Source of the DNA: the human T2T-CHM13v2.0 reference genome, Homo sapiens
DNA length: 64,000 nucleotides
Assembly (NCBI RefSeq): GCF_009914755.1
Contig: NC_060943.1
Direction: 5' to 3' (one strand)
Both the position numbers and the translations under genes were made by a program. Of the stretch, positions 1 to 16,591 are shown piece by piece. The notes below the pieces were generated by a model, which had not been told where the DNA came from, did no database searches, and was given only the letters and a program-made list of their open reading frames with translations. How positions within the stretch are numbered: the first letter of the stretch is position 1; the number at the start of each line of letters is the position of its first letter.

Positions 1-707
1 CTGTAAATTCTGAGAAATCCTGTCCTGTGGTTTGGCCTAGGCCGTCCTCGCCCGCCTTCGTCCCCAGCAGGGCTGCCCTGGCCACTGTCTTCCTGTCTTG
101 GGGCCTGGGTTTGGGGTCATGGGGAAAGACTAAGAACCCCCGTCCCAGCCTGGGTTCTTAGACAGAGGGGAGAGGGCTCTGCCCTGCTTCTCACGACTTT
201 GCTTTGCCTCTCTGGGCCTCAGTTTCCTCTTCTACAGAATGGGGATAATTGTAGTTCCTACCCCCCGAGGGCTGTGGGAGAAGTCGAGGAGGTGACACCC
301 ACGGGGAGGTGAGAGCTGAGTCTGGCAGGTCCTAACGCACCTGCTACATGCTGGCTGTCACTGTTATTCATTTTCTGCATCTTGCTTTACTCCAGACTCC
401 ACACTTTTATCCTCGCTGTTCCCTTACACAGAATGTCCTCATCCCTCTCCTCCTTGGCAAACCCAGGAATAATCCAAATCCTAACTCAAATTCCATTTCC
501 TCCGGAAACAGGGGAGGGTGGTGAGATGAGCTGGATCTGGCAGGCAGGAAACCTGGGATCTCAACTCTGCCACGGACATGCTGGATGGCTTTGAGCAGGC
601 CACTGTCCCACACCGTGACTCAGTTTCCCCATTCGAGCTCTGATGCTCCAGGGTTTTTTTTTTTTTTGAGTCTCTTTTTTTTTTTTTTGAGTCTCTTTTT
701 TTTTTGA

Positions 708-1043
<336 letters not shown>

Positions 1044-1787
1044 TGACACATGGTCTTGCTCTGTCACCCAGGCAGTGGCATGATCATAGCTCACTGCAGC
1101 CTTGAACTCCTGGCTCAAGTGATCCTCCCACCTCAGCCTCCCAAGTAACTGGGACTACAGGCGTGTGCCACCATGCCAGGCTAATTTTTTAGCTTTTGTA
1201 GAGTCAGGGTCTTGCTGTGTTGCTCAGGCTGGTTGCAAACTCCTGAGCTCAACTGATTCTCCTGCCTCTGCCTCCCAGTGTTGGGATTACAGGTATAAGG
1301 CACTGCACCTGGTACTTGGTGTCAAATTGTAAAATGAAGCCAAGCTTGCCCCCGCATCTGCTCAGCCTGAATTGGTGGCCTCAACATCATCTCTGCTGGG
1401 TTCATCATTTCCCTAGTGGAATAACCCTGTCCTCTCCAAATACTTCCTCTCCTGGGCCTCGCAATAAACAGGGGCCCTCTCTCTCTGCTCAAACCCTTGA
1501 GAGAGGGTGTCCAGGTCCTGGGTTGCTGTCTGTCTGTCTGTCTGTCTGGAGGGTGAGTCCAAGGCTGGACTCGGGGGTCCGTCTTTGGCACGATCTAGTT
1601 GCAACAGCAGCCCCACCATCTGTTGAGAGCTTGCTGTGTACTAAGCATGCTAAGTCCACTTCATGCATTAGTCAAAAAGCAGTTTTAAAAATTTATGTCT
1701 GGCCAGGCGCAGTGGCTCACGCCTGTAATCCCAGGACTTTGGGAGGCCGAGGTGAGCAGATCATTTGAGGTTAGGAATTCGAGATCA

Positions 1788-2032
<245 letters not shown>

Positions 2033-2644
2033 TCATAAAACATTCAAACAATTACATTCATATATAAACTCAAAAGATTCCAGCCTCCCATCTTAAAGGT
2101 GACTGAAATTTAAGAGATGTCCTTCTACACTGCCCAGAGAGCCTGCATGAGCTCATTTTATCTTCATAAAACTCCCCTGAAGTGAGCGCTGACATGGCTG
2201 TATTTTTCAGGTGAGGCTCAGAGAGGTCAGGCCACTTGTCTAAGGTCACATAGCGTGGGAGGAAGCTGCCTGGAACCCAGGCCTGTCTGACTCCAATGCC
2301 CAAGGAAGAGAGGGGAAGTGGCCTCCCACGGAAGAGGATTCTTCTTGGCTCATTCATTCAGTCACTCAATGATGTTTGAATGTTTTGAATCATTCAGTCA
2401 TTCAACAAACATGTATTGGGCATGACTGTGTGATGAGTGCTGTTGAAACTGGGGACATAGCAGTGACACGGGGGGGGCCTGTCCTCATGGAACTCGTGAT
2501 AGGGATGGTGACACCATTGATTAACAAGAAATTAAACAGAAATTTGATGGTCACAACTAGGGAGAAGATTAGGAAGGAAAAAGAACTGTCTGGGTGGACA
2601 CCAGAGGAACCTAAAGCAAACATCCATATTTTAAAATATACTCA

Positions 2645-2770
<126 letters not shown>

Positions 2771-3217
2771 TTAAAAAAAAAAACCCAGATGTGGGGGCAT
2801 GTGCCTGTAGTGCCAGCTACTCAGAGGGCTGAGGTGGGAGGATTGCTTGAGCTGGGTTGGAGGAGGTTATAATCATGGCTGCAGTGAGCCGTGACTGTGC
2901 CACTGTACTCCAGCCTGGGCAACAGAGTGAGACCCTGTCTCAAAAAAAAAATATGTATTACATATTTATATTCACATGGTTCAAAATGTAAATACTTCAG
3001 TTGGGCAGCTATGCAATATATCCATCATATTAAACTTTCATGGCAGGGGAGGAACTAGGATAAACATGTTTAAAAAGCCTCCTTAGGGGTAATAATGAAA
3101 TGAAAGCTGAGAAACACTGGCATAGAAGCTGCCGCCGTTCAATTTTTCTTTTTGTGATCTTTGAGATAGTCTAGACATTTTATTTTTTGCTTTATCTTTT
3201 GATTTTTTTTTTTTTGA

Positions 3218-3430
<213 letters not shown>

Positions 3431-4193
3431 TGATCTGTCTGCCTTGGCTTCCCAAAGTGTTGGGATTACAGGCGTGAGCCACTGCACCTGGCCTAAAAAA
3501 ATTATTTTAATGAAAAACATTTAAAAAAATTTGTTTTGTAGAGATGTGTTCTCACTTTGTTGCCCAAGCTGGTCTCGAGTTCTAGGCTCGAGTGACTGTC
3601 TCCCCTCAGCCTCCCACGATTACAGGTGTGAGCTACCACTCCCAGCCTATTCTAGACTTTTTTTAAAAATTTTTTTTTTATTGAGACAGGGTCTTGCTCT
3701 GTTGCCCAGGCTGGAGGGCAGAGGTGTGATCACGGCTCACTGCAGCCTCAAACTCCTGGGCTCGAGCCATCCTCCTGCCACAAACCCCTGAGTAGCTGGG
3801 ATTACAGATGTGCACCACCACCCCCGGCTAATTTTTGTATTTTTGTAGAGACTGAGGTCCCACTATGTTGCCCAGGCTGGTCTCGAACTCCTGGCCTCAA
3901 GCAGTCTTCTGGCTTCTGCCTCCCAAAATGCTGGGATTACAGGTTTGAGCCACTGTGTCTGATCTATTCTAGACTTTCTTTCCTTCTTTCTTTCTTTCTT
4001 TTTTCTTTCTTCCTTTCTTTCTTTTCTTTCTTTCTCTCTCTCTCTCTTTCTTTCTTCTTTTCTTTTCTTTCTTTTTTTTTTTTTTTAAATCTTGCTCCAG
4101 GCTGGGCGTGATGGATCACGCCTGTAATCCCAGCACTTTGGGAGGCCGAGGCGGGTGTGTCATGAGGTCAGGAGATCGAGACCATCCTGCCTA

Positions 4194-4475
<282 letters not shown>

Positions 4476-4639
4476 TTATTCCTCTTTTTATGTTAATGAT
4501 AACATACTGTTCTGGGCTTTCTTTTTTCCCAAACTATATCTTGGGGATCACTCCATGTCAGAACACAGCTTGCTCATTTCTTTTAAAACCCGTGTAGTAT
4601 TTCTCTTCTGTTGGAATACAATTTATTTAATCGGTTTGT

Positions 4640-4890
4640 CTGGATGGTCGCGTGTCTTGTTTCCAGTGTTTTGCGGCCAGAAAGCGCCGCGTCACGGATG
4701 ATGGATAACTGCATTGACGTCATTTCGCGTAAAAGTTGATTGTATCAGAAGGAGAGGTTCCTGGAAGTGCCATAGCTGGGCCAGGTGTTTGCGGCTGGAA
4801 TATGTCCTGTATAGGGTTGTACCAATTTCCCTCCCCACTTTCAAGGCAAAACAGTACTAGTTTCCCCAGAGTCTCACCAACGGTGAGTAT
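4640..4890 (+). promoter_or_regulatory. Candidate CpG-retaining promoter/enhancer with a full CRE inside an old L1 relic
   Basis: TGACGTCA at 4715-4722, half-CRE CGTCA at 4690, TTTCGCG at 4723-4729, MYB-like CAACGG at 4878-4883 and a splice donor ACG|GTGAGT (GT at 4883-4884). CpGs are locally dense in otherwise AT-rich, L1M-like sequence. Confidence 0.35.
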
Positions 4891-5021
4891 TATCAAATCT
4901 TTTGATCGCCAATCTGATGGGTTAAAAACGACATCGCAGTATAGGTGTAGTGTTCATTTCCCTTATGAAATTGAGCATCTTCTCCTGTGTCTAAGAACCG
5001 TTTGTCCGTCTTTCTTAATGA

Positions 5022-5453
<432 letters not shown>

Positions 5454-5625
5454 TAGGCGGGAGCCACCGCCCCGACCTATTTATTATTTTTAAGTGGTCA
5501 TTTGTCTTTTGACTTTGATGAGGGTGATTTTTACCTTGCGGAGTTTTTGGGGGTGTTTACACAAAGTCAACTGTTGTAATCATTTCTTTTGTGGCAGCTG
5601 AGATTTGTGGGGCTACCTTTGATAA

Positions 5626-6009
<384 letters not shown>

Positions 6010-6584
6010 TGAGGAATCCCGTGTGGATTTTGTTAAAATGACTCAGTGGGTCTTGAGTAGGATCTGAGATTCCCCTTTTATTTTCTTCTTTTCTTTTCTT
6101 TTCTTTTCCTTTCTTCCCAGGATCTTTCTCTGTCACACAAGCTGGAGTGCAGTGGTATGATTATAGCTCACCATAGCCTCCAAGTCCTGGGCTCAAGCAA
6201 TCCTCCCGCCTCAGCCTCTTGAGTAGCTGGGACTACAGGTGCACACCATCACATCTGGCTAATATTTTTATTTTGGTAGAGATAGGATCTCACTATGTTG
6301 CCTAGGCTGGTCTCCAACTCCTGGGCTCAAGTGATCCTCCCACCTCAGCCTCCCTAAGTGCTGGGATTACAGGCACGAGTCACCATGCCTGGCCTAATAA
6401 ACCTTATGTTACATGATAAGAGAAGGGATAAGACAAAGGTATTTTATATACATGTAAACATATTCATAGCAAGTTAAGGAAGACATATTGGTGACAGCTA
6501 CAGTCTTCATTTCTGTAACTGGTCACGTGGTTATAGCTGTTATTTTTAACTAACTTTAGAACAATTCTTGGTATCAAAGTTTGT

Positions 6585-7700
<1,116 letters not shown>

Positions 7701-8124
7701 TAACTGGAAGAGAAAGGCAGGCAGTGTGGCTGGAGGTAAAGGGGATTAGGAGGGATGCCAAGGAGAGGTTTAGAGAGATCAGCAGAGGATTCAGGGCCAT
7801 AGGAAGAACTTGGTTTATTTGCACGAAATGAAAAGGCATAGGCTGGCTGAGCATGGTGGATCATGCCTGTAATCCCAGCACTCTGGGAGGCCGAAGCAGG
7901 AAGATTGAGCCCAGGAGTTTGACAAGAGCCTGGGCAACATAGTGGGACCTCATCTCTACAAAAAAACTTAAAAAATAGCTGGTTGTGGTAGTACACACCT
8001 GTAGTCCCAGCTACTCCAGAGGCTGAGGTAAGAGGATTACTTAAGCCCAGAAGTTCAAGGTTACAGTCAGCTATGACTGAGTCACTGCACTCTAGCCTGG
8101 GTAACAGAATGAGACCCTGTTTCA

Positions 8125-8277
8125 GAAAAGAAAAAAAGAAAAGAAAAGAAAAGAAGGAAGGAAGAAAGGAATGAGGGAAGGAAGGAAGAAAGGAATGAGG
8201 GAAGGAAGGAAGAAAGGAATGAGGGAAGGAAGGAAGAAAGGAATGAGGGAAGGAAGGAAGGAAGGCAGGCAGGCAAG
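8125..8277. repeat. Purine-rich minisatellite derived from an Alu tail
   Basis: GAAA/GGAA runs plus about four copies of GGAAGGAAGAAAGGAATGAGGGAA. Confidence 0.9.
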
Positions 8278-10454
8278 CGACTAGGATGTTCTTAGCAGGG
8301 AATAACATGTTCTGTGTTTTGCAAAAGCCCTATGCATACAAGGATCTTCTGAGAAGGTGACTGGGACACCAAGGAGGAGGCGCCTTCAGTCATTCAGCTG
8401 ATCCCTGGGCTGGGATCAGAAGGATAGAGAGAGGTGGATGGCTCCAGGGGCATTGAGAAGGAAAGGACTTGTGAATCGGTGTGCAAAACAGATATGAACC
8501 AGTTGAAAGTTCGTGATGGAAGAAACATGTCTATACAAGTGAAGTGACGAATCTGCCTTCTCAAGTTAAACCCTTCAAGGAGGATCCGGTGGGCAGACAC
8601 ATCATTTATTTTTCTTTTCTTTTGAGACAAGGTCTTGCTCTGTTGCCCAGGCTGCAGTGCAGTGGCACAAACACAGCTCACTGCAGCCTCGAACTCCTGG
8701 GCTCAAGGGAGCCTCCCACCTCTGCCAAGTAGCTGGGACTAAGGCGCCACCACGCTTGGCTATTTTTTTTTTTTTTGAGACAGACTCTCGCTCTGTCACC
8801 CAGGCTGGAGTGCAGTGACGTGATCTTGGCTCACTGCAACCTCCACCTCCCAGGTTTAAGCAATTATTGTGCCTCAGCCTCCTGAGCAGCTGGGATTACA
8901 GACAGCTGTCACCACGCCTGGTTAATTTTTGTATTTTTAGTAAAGACGGGGTTTCACCACGTTGGCCAGGCTGGTTTCGAACTCCTGGCCTCAGGTGATC
9001 CATCTGCCTCAGCCTCCCACAGTGCTGGGATTATAGGCGTGAGTCACTGCGCCCTGCCGAATTTTTTGGATTTTTAGTAGAGATGAGGTCTGGTTGTGTT
9101 TCCCAGGCTGGCCTTAAACTCCTGAGTGCAAGTGATCCTCCCACCTTTGCCAAGTGGCTGGGACTAAGGTGCCACCATGCTTGGCTAGTCTTTTTGATTT
9201 TTAGTGAGATGAGATCTGGCTATGCTGCCCAGGCTGGTCTTGAACTCCTGAGCTCAAGCAATCCTCTCGCCTTAGCTTTTCGAAGTGCTGGCATTACAGG
9301 TGTGAGCCACCATGCCTGGCCCCATTTCTTGTTTGCTGTGGTTTCCTTACATTTTGGAGCAGTACTGGGCACATAGTGGGTGATCAATGAATGTTTGTGG
9401 GATCAATGTATGAATGACTTAAATCAAAATTGAAGAAATCGGGGACCCGGGAGGCTGAGGCAAGAGGAAATTGGGGAACTGGGAGGCTGAGGTGAGAGGA
9501 TCACTTGAGCTCAGGAGTTCAAGACCAGCCTGGACAACATGGCCAGATCTCATATCTACTAAAAATAAAAAAGATTAGCCAAGTATGGTGGCAGACCCTG
9601 GGGGTGTGTGTGGGCATGGAGGGGGCGGTGGTCGGGGTCTTGAGTTCTTGGTGCTCAGGGTTAGGGGCGGATGGCAGGTGGAGGCTTACCTATCAGTCAT
9701 AGGAGGAGGTGAGATTTCTAACAACAGCTTTGAGGTAGTGAGCTCCCCATCTCTGGGACTGTGTAAATGGGAAAAGCACTTGTCCAGAGAGTTGTAGAGG
9801 AAAATTCTGCCCCAGGGAAGGTCTGGAGCTGAGGGAACAGGGAACCTCAGTCTGCTCTAAATGAGGATTCATTGGGTTTCCCAGGAGCCCAGGGGTGACA
9901 GGGTTTCTGCATCTCCCTCACTTCCTGTGGTATCTGAGACTCAGCCTGTCTCACATACCTTCTGTGCCTTGTGGCTGGAGCTTGGAGTGGGTCTCACTTG
10001 GGGTCTGGGTGTCTGGCTTGCTCCAGGCATCAACGTTCTGAATTCCATGCCCTTGAGCTTGGAGGTGCTGCCCCCTGGTGTGGAGGAGAAGAAATGTCTC
10101 CTCAACACCCCATGACCTCCTGGTAGGGGATTCTGTGCATTCTATAGGTTGAGTCTACCTTGGGGAGAGCCCGGCTGGGTCAGAGCGGGTCCAACCCTGA
10201 ATATTTGTGATCTGGAGATCTTGGCCTGTCAGTGGGGGCCCCCCACCCCTGAGCTGAGGATCTCACACTAACCCAGGGTGAGCCTGGAGCCACAGCCTAC
10301 TCTCCAGGACACAGTGGGACAGGGTGGGTGGGGAGTTTCTCACGGCTGACTTGGAGGGTAGGGGAGGTCGCCTCACTGCTCCATAGATAAATGCATTTCC
10401 ACTCTGGAAAATTCCATCCATAAGCATGGTTCTTGCAGGTGAGTCAGACGGAGA

Positions 10455-10498
<44 letters not shown>

Positions 10499-13012
10499 CA
10501 GGTAGAGACAGAGACACACACGCTGGTTTAGGGAGAAAGAAACACATCAAGTGAGGCCAGGTGTGGTGGCTCACGCCTGGAATCCCAGCACTTTGGGAGG
10601 CAGGGGTGGATGGATCGCTTGAGCCCAGGAATTGGAGACCAGCCTGAGCAACATGGTGAAACCCCATCTCTACTAAAAATACAAAAAATTAGCCAGATGT
10701 GGTGGCATGCACCTGCAGTCCCAGCTATTCGGGAGGCTGAGGTGGGAGGATCACCTGAGCTGGGGGAGGCTGAGGCTGCAGCGAGTCATGATCATGCGGC
10801 TGCACTCCAGATGGGGTGACAGAGCGAGACCCTGTCTCAAAAACAAACAAACAAACAAACAAACAAACAAACAAACACAGCAACTGAGCACAAAACTCCT
10901 GAAAAGTTAGCAATGCACAGAAAGACACAGCAGGAGCCTACAGATCCTGTGAGTGATGCTCCTTAAATAGTGACTGGCTGAAAGAATGAATGAATGAGTG
11001 AATGAATGATTTCTTGGGCTGAGCAAAAAGAGGACTTGACACAGACATGGATAACCTCCAGCAGCTCCTGTCTACTGTGTTGATAAACTGGGGGTTGTGT
11101 CCAGACTGCTGGCTGGAGGTCCGGATGTCCTTCAGGCTGGGCTAGGGGGCATGAAGACAGAGGGTCCTACCTCCAGAGGGGACCCAGGACGCTCGCCATC
11201 CTGAGAGGCTGGATTCCCCCTCCCGACCCTGGCAGGGACAGGGTGGGGTGGGAGAGGCCTCCTCGAGCATCCTCAGTGCACAACCCAGAGAAAGCTCATG
11301 GGACTGAGAGGAACAGGCTGAGAGATGGACTTTTAATGGAATGGAGGGAGATGGGGATGCATAGCCTGGGACACATGGGCCCTGGGTGCCTGTGCTGGGG
11401 CGAGTGAGAGAGCCAGTGTCCAGGTGAAGCTCCTTGCCTGGGGCATCTGCCCCATGACTGCAGTGGACTGGGAAGCCCTTAAGAGTATCACTACCCACTG
11501 ATGTCCAAGTCTTGCTTGATAGTATGGTGTCCAGGGAATGGTCTTGGGGAGTGGGTTCCGGAGAGCCTGTGAGAGTTCCAGGGCGGGGTGCACATCATGG
11601 GGTGCCTGGGAGGGTATCTTTGGGAGAGTCTGTGGAGGAGGGAGTTGGGAGGTGTTGGAACACAGAGGAGGGCCTAGGGTCTAGTGGGGTCGTTATAGGA
11701 TGCTCATGGGGACCTGAGCATGACATTTGGGAGGCTGGCTCTTTCCTGGGAGGAGCTGGGGGCTGAGGAAGAGGGTCAGGAAGTGTCCTGTGAGAGAGAA
11801 CATTTGGGAGTATTTCGGGCGGAGACACAGTGCAAGAAAGTGGTCTTAGAGCAACAGGGGTCCACCCTGGGGTTTCGGGGGTGGATCTCAGAATGATGTG
11901 TTTTGGGAAGATGGATGGGGGATGGGTGATGGGACCACCTGGTCAGTGGAGGTGGGGCCAGGGGAGGTCTGGGGGAAAAATCCTGAGGGGAGGGGAGAGT
12001 TCTGCAGGGATGATGGATGCCAGGGGCATCCCATGGTGGGACCATTGTAGGAGAAACCCTTGAAAGTCAGAATTCAGGTCTCTGTGATGGATCTGGGGGG
12101 TCAGCACTTGTGGGGGGCATCCTAGGGGAAACCAATGAAGAGGTGGATTTGGGGTGCTGAGAACCAGGGGTATCTTGACAAGTGGAATCTTGACAAGTGG
12201 AATTTAAGAGTGTGTTTGGGGGGATTAGAAATAAGGGGAAGATTATGGGGGTGCACCCAGGGGTTGGAGCACTCACGGGAAGATTCTGGGAGGAGGTTGG
12301 AGCATTCCGGGGTAGAGACTGGGTTGGGGGGTCCCTGAGGAGCATACTAAGGGGGGTGGCAGTTTGGAGGGTTTGGAGCCCAGGGGTATTTTGGGATGCT
12401 ATATCAAAAGCAATAGATAATGGGGTGAGATTAGGGAGTCAGTATTTGAGGATGTCTTGGGCACATAGTGGGTAATTAATGAATGTATGTGGGATCAATG
12501 CATGAATCACTTAAACTAGAAATGGAAGGAATTGGGTATGTGGCTTGGGTATGTGGCAGACCCTAGGGGTGTGTGTGGGCATGGGGTGGGTGGTCAGAGG
12601 CTTTCATGTTCTTCTTGTTTGGGGTTGGGGGCAGGTGCCAGGTGGAGGCTTATCTATGACTCATAGGAGGAGGTGATATTTCTAACAATAGCCTTGAGGT
12701 AGTGAACTCCCCATCTCTGGGAGTGTGTAAATGGGAAGGGCACTTGTCAGAGGTGGTCTGGGGAGGGGGTGTCCCAACCCAAGGGTGCCTGGGGAGGGGC
12801 ACAGATCACAGGAGGATGGGTTGACAGGATTAGAACTTAGTGGTCTGTTGGGAGTTATTCATGGGGAAGGTGGGTTTAGGGGGTCAGGATTGGGGTGTCT
12901 CAGGGCATGCATCACAGGAGGTGAGTTAGGTCAGCCTGTGGGGCGAGGTGCCCAGGAGTGGATGGGGCAGGCCCTGGAGGAAGGACAGGACAGAGCCGGC
13001 TGTAGCAGAGGC

Positions 13013-13018
13013 TTTACT
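13013..13018 (-). terminator. Candidate variant poly(A) signal AGTAAA for ACTL9
   Basis: TTTACT on + reads AGTAAA on -, 30 nt after the ACTL9 stop codon. I saw no canonical AATAAA nearby. Confidence 0.55.
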
Positions 13019-13048
13019 GCCCCCACGCCCTCCCCAGCTCTGCCCTGG

Positions 13049-14299
13049 TCAGTAGCATTTGCGGTACACGATATAGGGACCCTGTTCCTCGTACTGCTCC
13101 CGCAGGACCCAGCAGGACTGGAAGGCGCGCAGGGAGGCCAGGATGGAGCCCCCGATCCATACGGAGAAATTCCTGGTGGGCTGGGCAGCCACCACCACGT
13201 GGGTCTCGGCTGGCAGAGCGCGCAGCAGCTCTGCCCGGAAGCGACCCTCGAAGCCGGTGAAGAGCGAGGACCCACCGCAGAGAAGCACGTTTTGGGCCAA
13301 GTCCGCGCGCATCTCCAGTGACAACTTGCGGAGACTCTGCTTGGCCATGGTGGAGAGGCCGACGGGTGACAGCCCCGGGACCTCTGGGGGGTTGAACAGC
13401 AGCTCCGGACACTGGAACAGCTCCTTGCCCAGGGTGACCGTGCGCCCATCGGGCAGCTTCAGAGTCCGCTTGTACTCCTGCTCCGGCCGGGCCTGCTCCT
13501 TCTGGAAGTCGGAGGCCACGTAGCAATAGTGGTGCTTAATGTTCTCCACTAGGTCCAGGTCCTGCTGTCCCAGGGGCAGGCCGGCCTGGAGCAGCATCTC
13601 CGCCAGGAAGGCGGTCAGGTTGTTGCCCGCCAGGTCCAGACGCTCCGTGGCGTGGAGCAGGTTGTAGCCCTGGAAGACGGGCACTGTGTAGGTGACCCCG
13701 TGTCCCGTGTCCACCACCAGCCCGCTGACACGACCGTGGGCGTAGACAGACAGCACCGACTGCGATGCCACGTACATGGCTGGGGAGCGCAGCGACTCGA
13801 AGGCCACCTCCACTAGCTTCTCGCGGTTGGTGGCCGGGCTGAAGGGTGGGTCGGAGAACAGCAGCGGGTGGTCGTGGGTGGCCACTCGGAGGTCGTGCTC
13901 CAGCAGGTGGCGCCAGATGAGCTCGGCGGCATCCCAGTCCACGACGATGCCGCTGCGCAGGGGTTGCACCAGCGTCAGCTCTGGGAGCACGCGGGCTGCC
14001 TCGCCGATGAACGTCTGCAGCCCGGACTGCCCCGAGGTGGCGGGTTTCTTGGGCTGGCAGCCCAGGATGGTGGCCACGGTGTAGGTGGGGCTGGCCTGCC
14101 CAGCAAAACCTACCTTACAGGTGCCTGTGCCCATGTCAATAACCACCGCGCCGGTCTTTGGTGGCAGCCTGTCGGCCACCATGCCGGGGGAGTCCCGCTG
14201 CAGGGGCTTGTTCACCACGTTGGGACTGGGGTTTGGGCCGGGCCTGGGGGCCTCCAGGGAGGACTGGGATTCCGAGGACTTGGGGCGACTTGCATCCAT
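13049..14299 (-). CDS. ACTL9: Actin-like protein 9 (testis actin-related protein), intronless, 416 aa
   Basis: Actin-fold motifs AVVIDMGTGTCKVGFAG, GLVVDTGHGVT, TLKLPDG, NVLLCGGSSLFTGF, SVWIGGSILASL and C-terminal IVYRKCY. The N-terminus MDASRPKSSES matches ACTL9 as I recall it. Confidence 0.98.
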   Translation of the reverse strand: MDASRPKSSESQSSLEAPRPGPNPSPNVVNKPLQRDSPGMVADRLPPKTGAVVIDMGTGTCKVGFAGQASPTYTVATILGCQPKKPATSGQSGLQTFIGEAARVLPELTLVQPLRSGIVVDWDAAELIWRHLLEHDLRVATHDHPLLFSDPPFSPATNREKLVEVAFESLRSPAMYVASQSVLSVYAHGRVSGLVVDTGHGVTYTVPVFQGYNLLHATERLDLAGNNLTAFLAEMLLQAGLPLGQQDLDLVENIKHHYCYVASDFQKEQARPEQEYKRTLKLPDGRTVTLGKELFQCPELLFNPPEVPGLSPVGLSTMAKQSLRKLSLEMRADLAQNVLLCGGSSLFTGFEGRFRAELLRALPAETHVVVAAQPTRNFSVWIGGSILASLRAFQSCWVLREQYEEQGPYIVYRKCY

Positions 14300-14419
14300 G
14301 GTTGCGGGACGCCAGGTGAGGGGGCTTTTCCTCTGGGGTTGGGGTTGTGGGGAGAAGAGGTTGAGGCCCGGCCAGTGGGGAGGGCAGGCAGACAGGGGGA
14401 GGGGTGGGCCCGCAATCTA

Positions 14420-14427
14420 TGACGTCA
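14420..14427. promoter_or_regulatory. Perfect CRE (TGACGTCA) in the ACTL9 proximal promoter
   Basis: The palindrome lies ~120 nt upstream of the ATG on the - strand, next to G-rich boxes (GGGGAGGGGTGGG, 14396-14408). This is typical of CREM-tau-driven spermatid genes. Confidence 0.75.
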
Positions 14428-14931
14428 CGGTGCCCCTTCAGTCTTCTTAAGACATCACAATGCAGCCAAGAGGATGGGTCCCTGCCCAGCCCTGCCTGCC
14501 CAAAGGCTGTCATCTCTTCTCTGAAGAGCCAAATTTGGAGGAGGAGATGAGCATCTCAGAGCAGGGCCCTCTTAACACATTTCTGTCGGATGCGCTAGAA
14601 GCTAATACGATGGCACCTGGTTTTTGAGAAAAGACAAGCTTTTTGTCGCATGTCAACCCACTGGGAGCTAGGAATCCAGCACAAGTCTGTTTCTCAGCTG
14701 GCTTTAAGGCAGTAATTTTATTAGAAAAGTTCTGGGGCCGGGGGCTGTGGCTCACACCTGTAATCCCAGCACTTTGGGAGACCGAGGTGGGAGATCACCT
14801 GAGGTCAGGAGTTCGAGACCAGCCTGGCCAACATGGTGAAACCCGTCTCTACCAAAAAATACAAAAATTAGCCTGGCATGGTGGCGCATGCCTGTGGTCC
14901 CAGTACTGGGGAGGCTGAGGCAGGAGAATCA

Positions 14932-15234
<303 letters not shown>

Positions 15235-16267
15235 TCATAAGTGGAAGGCATTTCAGCAAGTTGTTTCTTTTTTGATCTGCCATTCTGCAAGCTCAAACAT
15301 TTCTTTGGGGCATGGTTTCACTAAAAACATGCAAAATTGGTTTCTCTAACTCTTTGGGCCACGCTTTCAGGAAGACCCAGGAATCCTCCTCTGGGTACCT
15401 CGCCATGAAGCTATTTACAGCCTAGTGGCAGAGAGCTTGCCACAGGCCTCCCTAGAATATTAGAATATTCCTCCTCAGAATATTAATTAGAAGGTGGGGC
15501 GGGCTAGCATGGCTTCCTGGTTTCCAAATGGAGACAGAGGCCAGCCTTGGTTGGGGATGGAGAGAGGCAGGGAGAGACAGGAACACCCCTGTCCTAGATT
15601 CTTTGCTTCCTCTGCTATATTCACTGCCTGAATCATTCTCCCTGTCCCATTCCTGCCAAGAAGGAATTTGCCTCTTCAAATCTCAGTCTGATGCCACCTC
15701 CTCCTGGAAGCCAACCCTGATTTCTACTCTGTACTCCAACTAGATGAGGGATGGGGGAAGTCTGCCTTCTCTCCAGGGGTTGTTACCTGCTTCCTCCTGG
15801 CAGGAGAGGGGCTCAGTGAGATACGAGAAGGGGTTTCAGTATAGATAAAAGGGGAGAGGGTGCATTTGGGAGGAAGGAATTATCTCAACAATAAATAGCA
15901 GGCTTCAAAATGCATTAGGAGAGTTGCTTCAAGACCATGGCTGTTTTTGGTGATATCAGATATCACCTGTTAGTTAAAGCAAATAAAAACGTTTTTCTTA
16001 GTGTATGTTCATGCATGTGGTGGTAGAAATCACCAGGAATAGTGCTAGTGAATGTCTTATGGGATATCTAAATGAAAGAGGTTTAATTTTCTAGTTGTGT
16101 CTAGATTTATTACTCTGCCAGAGTGTGGTTTATTGAGCATTTTAATTAATTATTGATTTACTGGTATGTGTGGTCTAATCCATGCTTTTGGAAATATTTA
16201 CTCAGCAATTTATTGAGGGTCTGTTTTTTGGACTGTTCACAACAACCAGAAATACACTAAGTGATAA

Positions 16268-16450
<183 letters not shown>

Positions 16451-16453
16451 TAA

Positions 16454-16591
<138 letters not shown>

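Noticed and set aside
12731-14513. Multiple ORFs overlapping ACTL9
   Set aside because: Shadow frames of a GC-rich CDS.
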